Of a DNA stretch of 64,000 nt, positions 50,255 to 61,515 are shown in pieces. Every line of letters begins with the position of its first letter. The stretch's first letter is position 1. Under the pieces are notes generated by a model, which saw only the letters and a list, made by a program, of their open reading frames with translations, had not been told where the DNA came from and ran no database searches. The position numbers and the translations under genes are program-made. Origin of the DNA: an uncultured Armatimonadetes bacterium (lineage in GTDB: Bacteria > Armatimonadota > UBA5829 > DTJY01); the NCBI GenBank assembly GCA_963717145.1, contig OY970325.1, positions 3,392,001-3,456,000 on the forward strand, read 5' to 3'.

Positions 50255-51553
50255 ATGTCCGACTTTCCGAAAGGCGACACAAGCTGGTTCGTGAATGACC
50301 GCTTCGGCATGTTCATCCACTGGGGCATCTACGCCGCTGGCCGCCCGCCACGAGTGGGTCAAGCAGCTACGAGCAGATTCCGCGACGAGGACTACCAGAA
50401 GTACTTCGACCACTTCGACCCCGACCTCTACGACCCCAGAGTCTGGGCGCAGGAGGCGAAGAACGCCGGCATGAAGTACTTCGTCGTCACGACCAAGCAC
50501 CACGACGGCTTCTGCCTGTGGGACTCCGCGCTGACCGACTACAAGGCGACCGAACACGCCCTGCGGCAAACGGGATCTGCTGCAGCCCGATGGTCGAGGC
50601 GTTCCGGGACGCAGGAGCTGAAGGTCGGGTTCTACCACTCGCTCATCGACTGGCATCACCCCGAGTTCACCGATCGACGGCCTCCACCCGATGCGCAACA
50701 ATGAGGAGTTCCGCGAGGCGAACAAGGACCGCGACATGCGCAAGTACGCCGAGTACCTGCACGGCCAGACGCGCGAGCTGCTGACCCAGTTCGGCAAGAT
50801 CGACATCATGTGGTTCGACTTCTCCTATCCCGGCTCGGACTCGGGGATGGTCGAAGGGCAAGGGCCACGAGGACTGGCAGTCGGAGAAGCTGGTCAAGAT
50901 GGTCCGCGAGCTCCAGCCGCATATCATCCTCAACGACCGCCTCGACCTGCCCGACGCATGGGACGTCAAGACGCCGGAGCAGTATCAGCCGCACGAGTGG
51001 GTGAAGGTCGACGGCAAGCCGGTGGTCTGGGAGGCGTGCCAGACCTTCAGCGGGAGCTGGGGCTACTACCGGGACGAGTACAGTTGGCGCGAGCCCGACG
51101 AGCTGATCCGCACGCTGATCGACACGGTGTCGAAGGGCGGCAACCTGCTGCTCAACGTCGGCCCGAACGCGCGGGGCGAGTTCGACCCGCGGGCCATCGA
51201 GCGGCTCAGGGCGATCGGCGAGTGGATGCGGCTCCACGGCCGCTCGATCTACGGCTGCACCGCGAGCGAGTTCACCCCGCCGCCGGACTGCCGCTTCACG
51301 CAGAACGGCAAGCGGCTCTACCTGCATCTCTTCGCCTGGCCGTACAAGCACGTCCACCTCGATGGGCTGGCAGGCAAGGTCGCAGTACGCCCAGTTGCTG
51401 AACGACGCGTCCGAGGTCAAGATGCGGGAGATCGATCCGAGCCAGCAGGCACAGAATACCACGATGCCGGGCCAGGGTGGCGTGCTCACTCTCGAGTTCC
51501 CGCAGCCAAAGCCGTCTGTGGCCGTGCCCGTGGTGGAGTTGTTCCTGAAGTAG
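50255..51553 (+). CDS. Alpha-L-fucosidase (GH29), multiple frameshifts
   Basis: FGMFIHWGIY, TTKHHDGFCLWDS, IMWFDFSY, GGNLLLNVGP spread over frames. Confidence 0.88.
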
Positions 51554-51572
51554 TATCGCCGAGAGGGTTCCA

Positions 51573-51637
51573 CGTCATGCTGAACTTGATTCAGCATCCA
51601 CAGACGATTGGATGCTGAATCAAAGTTCAGCATGACG
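51573..51637. repeat. REP doublet, same family as 32525
   Basis: cgtcatgctgaacttgattcagcatcc / ggatgctgaatcaaagttcagcatgacg. Confidence 0.85.
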
Positions 51638-51674
51638 CCAAGCCGTTAGCTGTTCCAGGAAAGACCAGGTAGTA

Positions 51675-53420
51675 ATGCAATCGATCCGCGTGTACGTGCT
51701 CCTCGCCCTGTGCCTCTGCGTCTCCAGCAGCCTGTGGAGCCAGGATAGTCCCTACAACGGGGAACAAAGAGAGATCGTCGCCCCCGCGTCGCTCACGCCT
51801 CCTGTGATCGCGAACACCGGCCAGTTCGATGAGGCGGTCCGCTTCATCATCCCGGGGCCGCATGGGACGGTCATCTTCATGAAGCGCCAGGTGGTACTCG
51901 CACTTGAGCGGACGGACGACGCCAATCCGACTGCCGGCAAGGACTATCTCCGGCTGCTCCCCGATGAAGTGCGCGAGGCGGCGCTCACCCGACGGATACC
52001 GTCGCTCTCATCACCCGCCGAGGTCATCCGCATTGTGTTCGTGAAGGGTGATCCCGAAGCCGCGATCGAGGGGGTGGACAAGCAACCGACGTGGGCCAAT
52101 CACCTCGTCGGTAACGATTCCTCGAAGTGGGCCAGGGGCATCCCGATGTTCAAGGGAGTGGCATACCGCAGCGTGTGGCCCGGCGTGGACCTCATCTTCA
52201 AAGTCGATGGCGGCAAGATCACCTGCACCCCGGTTGGCAACGACCTGGACCTCGTGGAGTTCGAGCGCACTGCGAACCAGAGCCTCGGATCCGATGAAGT
52301 CGGCGAGACGCTTTCCAGCGCGCTCGGCGGCCGATGGACCGTTCGGAAGGGCAGACGAGTCATGCTCGACCGGCAGGGTGTCTTCGTGACCGGACCGGTG
52401 TACACCCCGGTCAGCGGGTCGGCCCTCGACGAGCCATCCGACTACACCGCCAACTGCTTTGTTCTCAGCGCCGATCTCTCCTCGGGCCGGCCGCGCTGGA
52501 TCACGATCCTCGGCGGCGGACTGCAGGACTCCCCCAATGGCGTCGCCGTCGACCGTCACGGATATGTGTACCTGACCGGATTCACGCGCTCGGCGGACTT
52601 CCCGATGGCGGTCGGCGACTGGGGGCAGTATTTCTCCGCGAAGCTCAATCCTTCGGGGAGCAGCCTTGCCCGGTCGACCTACCTGACATCCGGCGGCGGT
52701 GGACTCGGACTCGAGACTTTTGCGACTGAGTGGATGACTCATTCGGGGTACAAGGGTCCGCGGATGATTGCCATCGTGATAGACGACGGCAGGGATGAGG
52801 CTCAGATCAAGCCGTTCCTCGACCTCGGCATCCCAGTGACGTTCGCAGTCATGCCCTGGGTTGACCCGACGTCCATACGGCGGATCAAGTCGCGCGGCTG
52901 TGCGGCATTCCTCCATGCGCCGATGGAGGCCCTCGGATCGGTCAACACGCGCAGCGAGGAGATCACAATCGGGCAGACGGCGGCGCAGGTCAACGAACTG
53001 CTCGAGAGCTGGCTCGCGTTGACTCCCGGCGTGGTCGGAATCAGCAACCACAGAGGCTCGGCGGCGACCAGCGATCCCCAGACCATGAGATATGTCGCCG
53101 CCTTTGCGAAGAAGCACGGGCTTTTCCTGTACGATTCGAACACGTCGCCGGTGAGCATCGCGGTCAATATCGGCCGGGAGATGGGTGTTCCATGCATGCA
53201 GCAGGACTTCTTCCTCGACGAAAGAGAGCCGTCGCTGGTCAGGGCGCGTCTCCTGGCGATGGCGGACCTGGCCGAGCGCACGGGATACGCCACCTGCATC
53301 TGCCATGTGGGACGACCGGTCGTACCTGAGACCATTCGCGCGATGATTCCCGAGCTTAGGGCGCGGGGATTCCGGTTCGTCACCGTGCCGGAACTCCATG
53401 AGGCGCTCACAAAGCGGTAA
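51675..53420 (+). CDS. SBBP-repeat N-terminus fused to a divergent polysaccharide deacetylase
   Basis: VAVDRHGYVYLTGFTRSADFP; IAIVIDD, LHAPME, GISNHRGS, CICHVGR. Confidence 0.8.
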   Translation: MQSIRVYVLLALCLCVSSSLWSQDSPYNGEQREIVAPASLTPPVIANTGQFDEAVRFIIPGPHGTVIFMKRQVVLALERTDDANPTAGKDYLRLLPDEVREAALTRRIPSLSSPAEVIRIVFVKGDPEAAIEGVDKQPTWANHLVGNDSSKWARGIPMFKGVAYRSVWPGVDLIFKVDGGKITCTPVGNDLDLVEFERTANQSLGSDEVGETLSSALGGRWTVRKGRRVMLDRQGVFVTGPVYTPVSGSALDEPSDYTANCFVLSADLSSGRPRWITILGGGLQDSPNGVAVDRHGYVYLTGFTRSADFPMAVGDWGQYFSAKLNPSGSSLARSTYLTSGGGGLGLETFATEWMTHSGYKGPRMIAIVIDDGRDEAQIKPFLDLGIPVTFAVMPWVDPTSIRRIKSRGCAAFLHAPMEALGSVNTRSEEITIGQTAAQVNELLESWLALTPGVVGISNHRGSAATSDPQTMRYVAAFAKKHGLFLYDSNTSPVSIAVNIGREMGVPCMQQDFFLDEREPSLVRARLLAMADLAERTGYATCICHVGRPVVPETIRAMIPELRARGFRFVTVPELHEALTKR

Positions 53421-53427
53421 ACACGTC

Positions 53428-53605
53428 GTTCGGGAGGGAGTTATCGTTCGGGAGGGAGTTGTACTCCCTCCCGCGCCACTGAATACTTCGTTCGGGAGGG
53501 AGTTGCACTCCCTCCCGGCCTGCCAAACGCGGAGTTGTACTCCGCCGGCGCATGCAGGGAGTACAACTCCCGATTGAGTGCTGCGTGCCGGAGTACAACT
53601 CCGGC
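53428..53605. repeat. Cluster of about 6 GGAGT-NNN-ACTCC REP hairpins
   Basis: Repeated gttcgggagggagttg(t/c)actccctcccg and ggagtacaactcc. Confidence 0.85.
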
Positions 53606-53641
53606 ACGAACATAGGCGAACATAGGTGATTGGTGAATGAG

Positions 53642-55537
53642 ATGAGACCACTGAGAGTACCCGAATCCATCGAGATGTGCGCGGCGGAGCCTGAATATGC
53701 AAAGGCGGATGAGAGGGGCTCGTGGACCCTGCGGTTCGTGCTCGCCGAACCGGTGACGCCGGAGCAGGACCTGTGGCTTCATATCCATGGCGGGCGAAAC
53801 ATGGCCAGTCGGTGGCCGGGCTTCCAGGCGGATGACGAATCGGCGGAGGGGTATCTGTCGCTCAGGACCGCATCCGGCGAGAGGCTGCGGGTGAAGGGCC
53901 GAACCGACGACGCCGGGGTCTTTTCGTTCGAGGTCCCATCGACCGGCTTCAAGAAGGGTGAGATACTACTCGCCGATCTGGGCGGTCAAGCGGGCATCGT
54001 CGCGCCGAAGCTCTCCGTTCCCGACCGGTTCTTCCTCCTCCACGCCGTGCCTATGGATACCGAGCTGCGGCATCCCGTGCTATTCGGCGAGCGGCCCGAG
54101 CGCGTCGTCGGCCTCTGCATGATCGACATCATCGGGAGCGATCCGGTATCGATCCGCGCCCTCGCGCCGAGTGTGGTCTCACCAGGGGAGGAGTTCTCCA
54201 TTCTGGTCAGGCCGGAGGATAGGCATCGGAACGTCGCATGCGCCGCGCCCGGCGAGCTGATCGTTCGACTGAACGGGCGCGAGATCCCTGCCAGACGCGT
54301 CCCCGTCGAGGGCTCGACCTGCTGCCGTCTCGAGGGAATCATCCTTCCGGACGAAGGTGTCTGTCGGCTCGAGGTCGAGGATCGCTCGAAGGGCTCTCGG
54401 GCGGTCACGAATCCGATCGTCGTGCAGAACGGCGTGCAGCTTCTTTGGGGCTCGATCCACGGCCACACGCAGGTCTCGGACGGCACGGGTTCGCTCGACC
54501 GGTACTTCACTCAGATGCGGGACGAGTGCGCGATCGACTTCGGCGCGACCGCCGACCACGACCACGCCGAGTTCCTTCCCGAGGAGATATGGCAGCTCAG
54601 CCAGGAAGCGGTCGTGAGGCACAATCAGCCCGGCCGGTTCACCGCGTTCCTCGGGTATGAGTGGGCGAAGTGGCGGAAGAGGGGCGACGGCGACCGGAAC
54701 GTCTACTTCCTGCGCGACCGCCGGCCGATCTACCGTTCGGACGACGATGCATATCCGACTCCGCAGGCGCTCTTCGAGGCGCTCAGGGACGAGGAGGCGC
54801 TCGTCATCCCGCATCACCCGGCGCATATCGGCAACCACAACGACTGGAAGGACCACGATCCCGACAAGGAACGCCTGGTCGAGATCCACTCGTACTGGGG
54901 CTGCTCCGAACGTAGCGCCGAGGACGGCAATCTGTACAACGGCATGCCGGTTGCGGAGAATCCCAATTCGGGCGTCAATCCGCTCGGATTCGTCCAGCGT
55001 GGCCTGGCGATGGGATGGCGAGTCGGATTCGTCGCGGCGGGTGACGATCATCACGGGCATCCGAGCGACATGACGATCAGGAGCAAGTCATCGGGAGACT
55101 ACCCGGGCGGATTCACGGCGGTCTATGCGAGGGAGAACACTCGTGAGGCGATCTTCCGGGCCATGTACGACCGACGCTGTTATGCAACCACCGGCGCCAG
55201 GATCGTCGCGGACTACTCGGTCAGCGGCCATCCGATGGGCTCGGAGGTCAACCTCCATAAGCATCCCGATCTGGCGAACGAGCGCAGGATCGAGGTGTCG
55301 GTCCACGGCACGGCGAAGATCAAGACGGTCGAGATCGTTCGGAACAACATCGATGTCCACACGGTCCGACCGGACGGCCCGGATGCGGAGTTCGAATGGA
55401 CCGACCCTGATCCGTTTTCGGAGATCAACCTGCCGCCGGCGAAGTACTCGGCGGTTCCGTTCACGTTCTACTACATCCGGGTCACCCAGGAGGACGACCA
55501 GATCGCCTGGCTCAGCCCGGTGTGGATCCTGCCGTAG
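53642..55537 (+). CDS. DUF3604/PHP-like metallohydrolase
   Basis: WGSIHGHTQVSDG, ADHDH, GDDHHGHP, RRCYATTG, AWLSPVW. Confidence 0.8.
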   Translation: MRPLRVPESIEMCAAEPEYAKADERGSWTLRFVLAEPVTPEQDLWLHIHGGRNMASRWPGFQADDESAEGYLSLRTASGERLRVKGRTDDAGVFSFEVPSTGFKKGEILLADLGGQAGIVAPKLSVPDRFFLLHAVPMDTELRHPVLFGERPERVVGLCMIDIIGSDPVSIRALAPSVVSPGEEFSILVRPEDRHRNVACAAPGELIVRLNGREIPARRVPVEGSTCCRLEGIILPDEGVCRLEVEDRSKGSRAVTNPIVVQNGVQLLWGSIHGHTQVSDGTGSLDRYFTQMRDECAIDFGATADHDHAEFLPEEIWQLSQEAVVRHNQPGRFTAFLGYEWAKWRKRGDGDRNVYFLRDRRPIYRSDDDAYPTPQALFEALRDEEALVIPHHPAHIGNHNDWKDHDPDKERLVEIHSYWGCSERSAEDGNLYNGMPVAENPNSGVNPLGFVQRGLAMGWRVGFVAAGDDHHGHPSDMTIRSKSSGDYPGGFTAVYARENTREAIFRAMYDRRCYATTGARIVADYSVSGHPMGSEVNLHKHPDLANERRIEVSVHGTAKIKTVEIVRNNIDVHTVRPDGPDAEFEWTDPDPFSEINLPPAKYSAVPFTFYYIRVTQEDDQIAWLSPVWILP

Positions 55538-55655
55538 GGGAGGCCTTCAACGGCCTCCCGGGGGTTGTTCGGGATGGAGTTGTACTCCATCCCGCGCCAC
55601 AGAATGAGGAGTTGAACTCCTCGGGAAGTACCGGGTGCTGGAGTACAACTCCAGC
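55534..55655. repeat. GTAG hairpin plus GGAGT/ACTCC hairpins
   Basis: gtaggggaggccttcaacggcctccc; gggatggagttgtactccatccc; ctggagtacaactccag. Confidence 0.75.
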
Positions 55656-55687
55656 ACCAACGACGTGGTGTTTTTCTGAGGGTTTGA

Positions 55688-57070
55688 ATGGCCAACAACC
55701 TTACAAGAAGAGAGTTCCTGAAAACATCAGCGGCGGTGGCCGCATTGGGAGGGATAGGCATGTCTGACGCAATCGGCGCGACAGAGCGCACCACGAAGCC
55801 GAACTTCGTCGTCATCTACTGCGACGACCTGGGATATGGCGACCTGAGCTGCTTCGGCTCGAAGGATATAAAGACGCCGCACCTCGATGCGCTCGCGATG
55901 GATGGCGCGCGGTTCACGAACTGGTACTCGAACTGCCCGGTCTGCTCGCCGTCGAGGGCGTCGCTGCTGACCGGCCGATATCCCCAGAACGCCGGGGTCA
56001 CGAGCATCCTCGCGGGCAGGCGGGATACCCCCGGCCTCAAGCCGGATCAGGTCACAATCGCGAAGGCGCTCAAGCCTTTGGGGTACCGGACCGCGCTCTT
56101 CGGCAAGTGGCATCTCGGCCTCGCGGATGGATGCCGTCCGAACGACCACGGGTTCGACGAGTTCTATGGCTTCATGGCCGGCTGCGTCGATTACTACTCG
56201 CATATCTTCTACTGGGGAGTCGGCAAGGGCGTCAATCCCACGCATGACCTATGGCACAACGAGCAAGAGGTCTGGAACAACGGGCGGTATCTGACCGAAC
56301 TGATCACCAAGAAGTCGGTCGAATTCATCTCTGAGCAGGACTCGCCGTTCTTCCTATATGTGCCGTACAACGGACCGCACTACACGATGCACGCGCCTCA
56401 GGAATACCTCGACCGCTATCCCGATCTGCCGTGGGACAAGCAGATCATGGCCGCGATGATATCGGCGGTGGATGACGGTGTCGGCGAGATCGTGGAGGCG
56501 CTCAAGAAGTCCGGGCAGTACGAGAACACGGTGATCTTCTTCTCCAGCGACAACGGGCCCTCTGTCGAGACGCGCAACTGGCTCGACGGCACGGAGGACC
56601 CATACTATGGAGGCAGCGCGGGGATTTTCCGCGGGCACAAGGGCAGCCTGTTCGATGGTGGGATCCGCGAGCCGGCGATCATTTCGTGGCCCGAGCGCAT
56701 CAAGGCCGGACAGACCTGCGACACGGTTGGCGTGATGATGGACATCTTCCCGACGATCCTGGGGATCGCGGGCGGTCAGGCGCAGGACATCGACGGCTCG
56801 GACATCCTGCCGATGGTGACATCGGGCGCTCCGAGTCCACACGATCGGGTGTTCTGGGACTACAACGGCCAGCTCGCGGTCCGTCAGGGGAAATGGAAGC
56901 TCGTGCTCAATGGCCGGCTCGATTTCCAGCGAGGTGTGGCGGATGAGGTACATCTCTCCGACCTGGAGGCGGATCCCGGCGAGCGGACGAACCTCGCGGG
57001 AGAGCAGCCGGCGTTGACCAGGCAGTTGACCGAGGCCGTCCAAGAGTGGCAGAAGTCGCTGCAGGAATAG
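55688..57070 (+). CDS. Tat sulfatase (arylsulfatase/GALNS-like)
   Basis: TRREFLK, DDLGYGD, CSPSR, GKWHLG. Confidence 0.93.
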   Translation: MANNLTRREFLKTSAAVAALGGIGMSDAIGATERTTKPNFVVIYCDDLGYGDLSCFGSKDIKTPHLDALAMDGARFTNWYSNCPVCSPSRASLLTGRYPQNAGVTSILAGRRDTPGLKPDQVTIAKALKPLGYRTALFGKWHLGLADGCRPNDHGFDEFYGFMAGCVDYYSHIFYWGVGKGVNPTHDLWHNEQEVWNNGRYLTELITKKSVEFISEQDSPFFLYVPYNGPHYTMHAPQEYLDRYPDLPWDKQIMAAMISAVDDGVGEIVEALKKSGQYENTVIFFSSDNGPSVETRNWLDGTEDPYYGGSAGIFRGHKGSLFDGGIREPAIISWPERIKAGQTCDTVGVMMDIFPTILGIAGGQAQDIDGSDILPMVTSGAPSPHDRVFWDYNGQLAVRQGKWKLVLNGRLDFQRGVADEVHLSDLEADPGERTNLAGEQPALTRQLTEAVQEWQKSLQE

Positions 57071-57140
57071 GACCGTCTCGCGCGGAAAGTGTTAACGCGT
57101 GTATCGTGATCGAGACCCTTGATCGGAGGTAGCTGGGAGT

Positions 57141-58505
57141 ATGACGAATCGGATGAACCGCAGGGAATTTCTGGGAAATGGCGGCAAGGCCGCGCTCGGA
57201 GTCGGCCTCGGGATGACCGTCGCCAGTGCGCTCGCCACGCCTGCGCTCGGCCAGCAAACGACGGTTGGCGCAAATGACAAGATACGCATGGGAGCCATCG
57301 GAGTCGGCGGCATGGGCACCGGCAACATGAATGCGTTCATGGAGCAGCCGGAAGTCGAGGTGGTCGCCGTATGCGACGTGGACGAGAACTTCCTGAACAG
57401 GGCGTCCGGCCTGGTTGAAGCGAAGTATGGCCGGAAACCGCTGGCGACTAAGGATTTCCGCAAGGTCCTGGACATGAAGGAAATCGACGCGGTGATGATC
57501 GGCACACCCGATCACTGGCACGCGCTTCCGTTCATCATGGCATGCGAGGCCGGCAAGGACGTGTTCTGCGAAAAGCCGATCTCACATGACATCTACGAGG
57601 GCCGGATGATGGTCGGAGCGGCGAGAGACAACAAGCGTGTCAGCCAGATCAACACCTGGCAGAGGAGTTCGGGGTTCTTTCGCCAGGCGATCGACTTCGT
57701 CCGGACCGGCGGCATGGGCAAGGTCCGCGTGTGCCGGGCATGGGTCAACGGTCCGGCCGGGCTCGGCAAGAATCCGATCAAGGATCCGCCCGCACATCTC
57801 GACTGGGATTTCTGGTGCGGGCCCGCGCCGAAGAACCCGTATCACGACACCTATCATCCCGGCATGTGGCGGCTCTATTACGACTACGGCACCGGCATGA
57901 GCGGCGACTGGGGCGTCCACATGATCGACATCATCCTGCTCGGCATGAACGCGACCTCTCCGCTCGAGGTATCGTCGGTCGGCGGCAAGCTCTTCTGCGA
58001 CCCGGACGATGATCGGGACAGCCCGGACACGATGATGGCGGTCTACAGGTTCCCCGACTGGGTGATGAACTGGGAGATCAAGTGCGGCGGCGAGGGCCTC
58101 GACGGAAGCAAGGTCGGCCACGGCGCTGAGTTCATCGGCGAGAAGGGCAAGATGATCATCACCCGCGAGGGCATCAACTGGAGTCCTTACGGCGACAACC
58201 CCGGCCCTCAGGATGCCGGCAAGGATCAGGGCGGCGATGCTCCGAACCGATGGTCGGACGCTAACCACATCGGCGACTTCCTGGAGAACATGAAGACGCG
58301 CGGCAAGTGCCGGTCGGACATCGAGTCGATGTACTACACGACGACCGCCTGCCATCTGTCGAACCTGTCGTACCAGGCGGGCCGGAGCATCAAGTGGGAC
58401 GGCGCGAAGGGCGTCGTAATCGGCGACGACAAGGCGATGCAGTTCCGCGCCTACAAGACGAACTACCGCAAGCCCTGGAAGCTCCCGAAACACGAGTGGG
58501 CCTAG
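57141..58505 (+). CDS. Tat Gfo/Idh/MocA oxidoreductase
   Basis: NRREFL, IGVGGMG, TPDHWH, CEKP, DWGVHMID. Confidence 0.93.
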   Translation: MTNRMNRREFLGNGGKAALGVGLGMTVASALATPALGQQTTVGANDKIRMGAIGVGGMGTGNMNAFMEQPEVEVVAVCDVDENFLNRASGLVEAKYGRKPLATKDFRKVLDMKEIDAVMIGTPDHWHALPFIMACEAGKDVFCEKPISHDIYEGRMMVGAARDNKRVSQINTWQRSSGFFRQAIDFVRTGGMGKVRVCRAWVNGPAGLGKNPIKDPPAHLDWDFWCGPAPKNPYHDTYHPGMWRLYYDYGTGMSGDWGVHMIDIILLGMNATSPLEVSSVGGKLFCDPDDDRDSPDTMMAVYRFPDWVMNWEIKCGGEGLDGSKVGHGAEFIGEKGKMIITREGINWSPYGDNPGPQDAGKDQGGDAPNRWSDANHIGDFLENMKTRGKCRSDIESMYYTTTACHLSNLSYQAGRSIKWDGAKGVVIGDDKAMQFRAYKTNYRKPWKLPKHEWA

Positions 58506-58721
58506 CGGAATGCGGAATGGCGAATGCGGAACGCGGAGTGGGCCGCGGACTGCACGCAGGGAAATACGATAGGGAACACGTTCGGGCAGGAGTTGGACTC
58601 CTGCCCGATCTGTTTATCTGCCGGTCGGATTGAAGTGGCCGTGCCCGGGCCGACCTCCCGGCAGGACCTGGTAGAATTGCCGGTCTTTCGCTCTACGCTT
58701 GGTCGCTGGCACATCGGCCTA

Positions 58722-58749
58722 TTGACTTTTTCAGTGATTGGAGTAAAAT
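58722..58749 (+). promoter_or_regulatory. Sigma70-like promoter of the lower-GC insert
   Basis: TTGACT-16-TAAAAT. Confidence 0.5.
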
Positions 58750-58859
58750 GGTCATAAGCTCGTAGCCATACCGGGGCTGCTCAGAGCAGTTTGAGGTAGT
58801 GCCAGCGGGCGTTCTGTTTGCATCAGCCCCGAAGAGGGCGGAAACGGGTGGAGAGAAGA

Positions 58860-59983
58860 ATGAGGAATGTTAGAGCTAGTACCCTTATGTTCCTAGTGCT
58901 GTATGCCGGCAGCTCTTGCCAAGCCGCTTGGCGGGTTCAAACAGTGGCAAGCCAGGGCGATGTAGGGCCCTGGTGCTCGATGGCGCTGGATGGCAACTCG
59001 GAGCCTTGCGTCAGCTACTCCGACGCCAACAACCAAGCGTTGAAATACACAAAGCACGTGGGCTCAGTATGGACAACAGAGACAGTTGATACTGGCGGCA
59101 CAGACAACTCAATTGCGTTCGACCCCGGTGGGAGACCCAGTATAGCCTACTGGTGGGGGGGAAGCTAAGGTGTGCCAGGTGGAACGGCTCGACTTGGACC
59201 AAGGAGACCTTGGGCACAGGATATCATGCATGCACTTCCATTGCGTTTGACAGTATTGGCAATCCGCATGTCGCTTCCATTGTCACGGAAACGAGCTCTC
59301 TACTATACGCCTATTGGAACGGGTCCTCGTGGTCGCACCGGGACATGACAGCCACGAATGGCTACCTCACTTCAGAGGTTTCCTTGGCTCTTAACGCCAC
59401 TGGAGGTCCATCTGTCACGTACCACGAGCAGATTATGACCCTGGGCTATGCCTACTGGAATGGCTCTTGTTGGGTGCAGACTACTGTTGACAACGGGAAC
59501 GTAGGCCACTGCTCTTCGCTCAAGTTCGATGCTCTGGGGCGGCCCCACATCGCCTATTCGGACTACCGTAACAGCAGTCTGAAGTATGCTTGGTGGAACG
59601 GGGTGTCGTGGGCATTGGAGACGGTGGATTCCACGGGAGACTGCTGGCGAGACCCATCCCTCGAGTTGGATGCGTTCGGCAGACCACACATCGCCTACTT
59701 TCGACAAGACCACCACGACGTTGGGTACGCAAGGTGGAACGGTACTGCTTGGGTCAAGGAGATAGTGGACCGCGGAACGTATCCCGACGACAACGTTGGT
59801 GCCGATGTTACGCTGGAATTGGATAGCGGGGGATACGCCCACATGTGCTATTACGACGCAACAAACGAAAATATCCGGTATGCAACCAACAAGCCGGTAT
59901 CGGAACCGTCTGGGCTGTTAGCCCTCGCCTGTGGCGTGAGCGCAGTCGCCGGCATGGCATGGCGCGGGAGAAGGCAGGACTGA
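58860..59983 (+). CDS. Beta-propeller repeat protein with PEP-CTERM-like tail; frameshift in a G7 run near 59158
   Basis: Repeats S(L/I)xFDxxGxPHIAY...YAxWNG; tail VSEPSGLLALACG...WRGRR. Confidence 0.75.
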
Positions 59984-60012
59984 GCACGGATGCGTGCTAG
60001 CGCTGAGGAGTC

Positions 60013-61373
60013 TTGAAGGAGCTGTCAGGTATGAATAAGGTCAGGTTACTCCCGCTTTGTGTGTTGGCCGTCGTTTGCTCTGCGTCTCTGCTCAGTGGGG
60101 CGTATGAGGAGTATGACCCCAAGACGCTGTTGCCCTCCACCTCCGACGTTGTGGCATATGCAAAGCCGGCGGTTGTGTTTATTCACCATCGTGACACGGC
60201 AGGGGTGCATTCCATGGGTACCGGTTTCCTCGTTCACGCGGACGGAACTGTGGTAACCTGCGCGCACGTTGTGGAGCCGAGAACAGAATCGTCTGCAAAG
60301 ACCCCCAAGATTTCTGATAGGATATGGGCGCGACTGTACGACGGTTGCGTCTATGAAGCATCCAGGATATACTGCGACACCGACACAGACATCGCCCTCT
60401 TATCTATCAACGTTCGCGGATACCCATATCTAGACCTCGAAACATCGGTGCCCAAGCTGGGAGAAGAAGCAGTGCTAATCGGGTACCCGCTGGGCGACAT
60501 GCTTGGACAGGAATCGAGTGTCACCAGGGGCATAATCAGCTCCATCCGGTTCTCCAACACAGCTTATCAGTTCGATGCGGCGGTAAACCCTGGGAACTCC
60601 GGAGGGCCTGTGCTGAACAAGAGCGGTGATGTCCTCGGCGTTCTGAGTTTCAAGGTCAAGGGCGCCGAACGGTCTGGCCTTCGCAGTCGCCTCCTCGCTT
60701 CTACCTATAGAAGCGTCAAGGGATGGTTTCAAGCGGATTCCGCAGCCGCAGAGCCCCGGGGTCAATGCGGACTTCTACCGATTCGACCAGTTCCTGGGTA
60801 GACGTAGCCACATGGTGCACAATACCCGTTCCCCGCTGCATAGGGCGGCGGATGCGGGTGAATTGGAGCAAGTCCGCAGGCTGTTGGCCGGAGGGCAGAG
60901 TGCTAATGTGAAGGGTACTGACGGCCAAACACCGCTTCATTACGCAGCGTTGCTGAATCTTAACATCGACAAGGTAGATAAGACCTATAAAGCCGACAAA
61001 CTCGAGATAGCTAGACTGTTGATAGGCAGGGGGGCGGATGTAAATGCCAAGGATGACGGGGGGAAACCAGCCCATCCACCGTGCAGGAATGACGGGCTTC
61101 TTTGATTGCGCACAATTGCTTGTCAATGCTGGGGCAAGCATAAACAGCAAGGACCCGATAGGACATACACCCTTGAGGTGGGGGGTTATAATCGGGGACG
61201 ACAGAATGGTAGGTCTGTACCTCGACTTGGGCGCTAGTGTGAACGTATCGGATATGTTGGGCAAGACGCCCCTCGCACAGGCCACTGAGTCCTTGAAGGA
61301 TGCGACAGGCGAACGTGCCGAGAAGCTGAAGATTATCATCCAAATGCTGAAGGACCACGGGGCCACCGAATAG
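60013..61373 (+). CDS. Secreted trypsin-like serine protease fused to ankyrin repeats (frameshifts near 60670 and 61062)
   Basis: TCAHVV, DIALL, GNSGGP; removing 1 nt gives EGLAFAV and reads through to SPLH/TPLH ankyrins. Confidence 0.75.
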
Positions 61374-61394
61374 CCTGAGTCGCATGGGATGGGG

Positions 61395-61500
61395 CGTCCA
61401 GTCTATGGGTGCCGGTGTATGAAGGCATGTATCGAAGGATGTTCTTGCTGCAGGAGGCCGTCCTTCGATACACGCCCAGAGGCGCACTCAGGACTGACGG
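61395..61500. repeat. Degenerate copy of the 48283 family
   Basis: tgtatcgaagga ... tccttcgatacacg...ggcgcactcaggactgacgg. Confidence 0.75.
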
Positions 61501-61515
61501 TTATTGACCTGTCTC

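Noticed and set aside
50255-51553. Programmed frameshifting or mass pseudogenisation (also galE, 27072, 31158, 42603, 59158)
   Set aside because: Breaks are single-base indels with no nonsense substitutions seen and no shared slippery motif; sequencing error is most likely, though read data are needed
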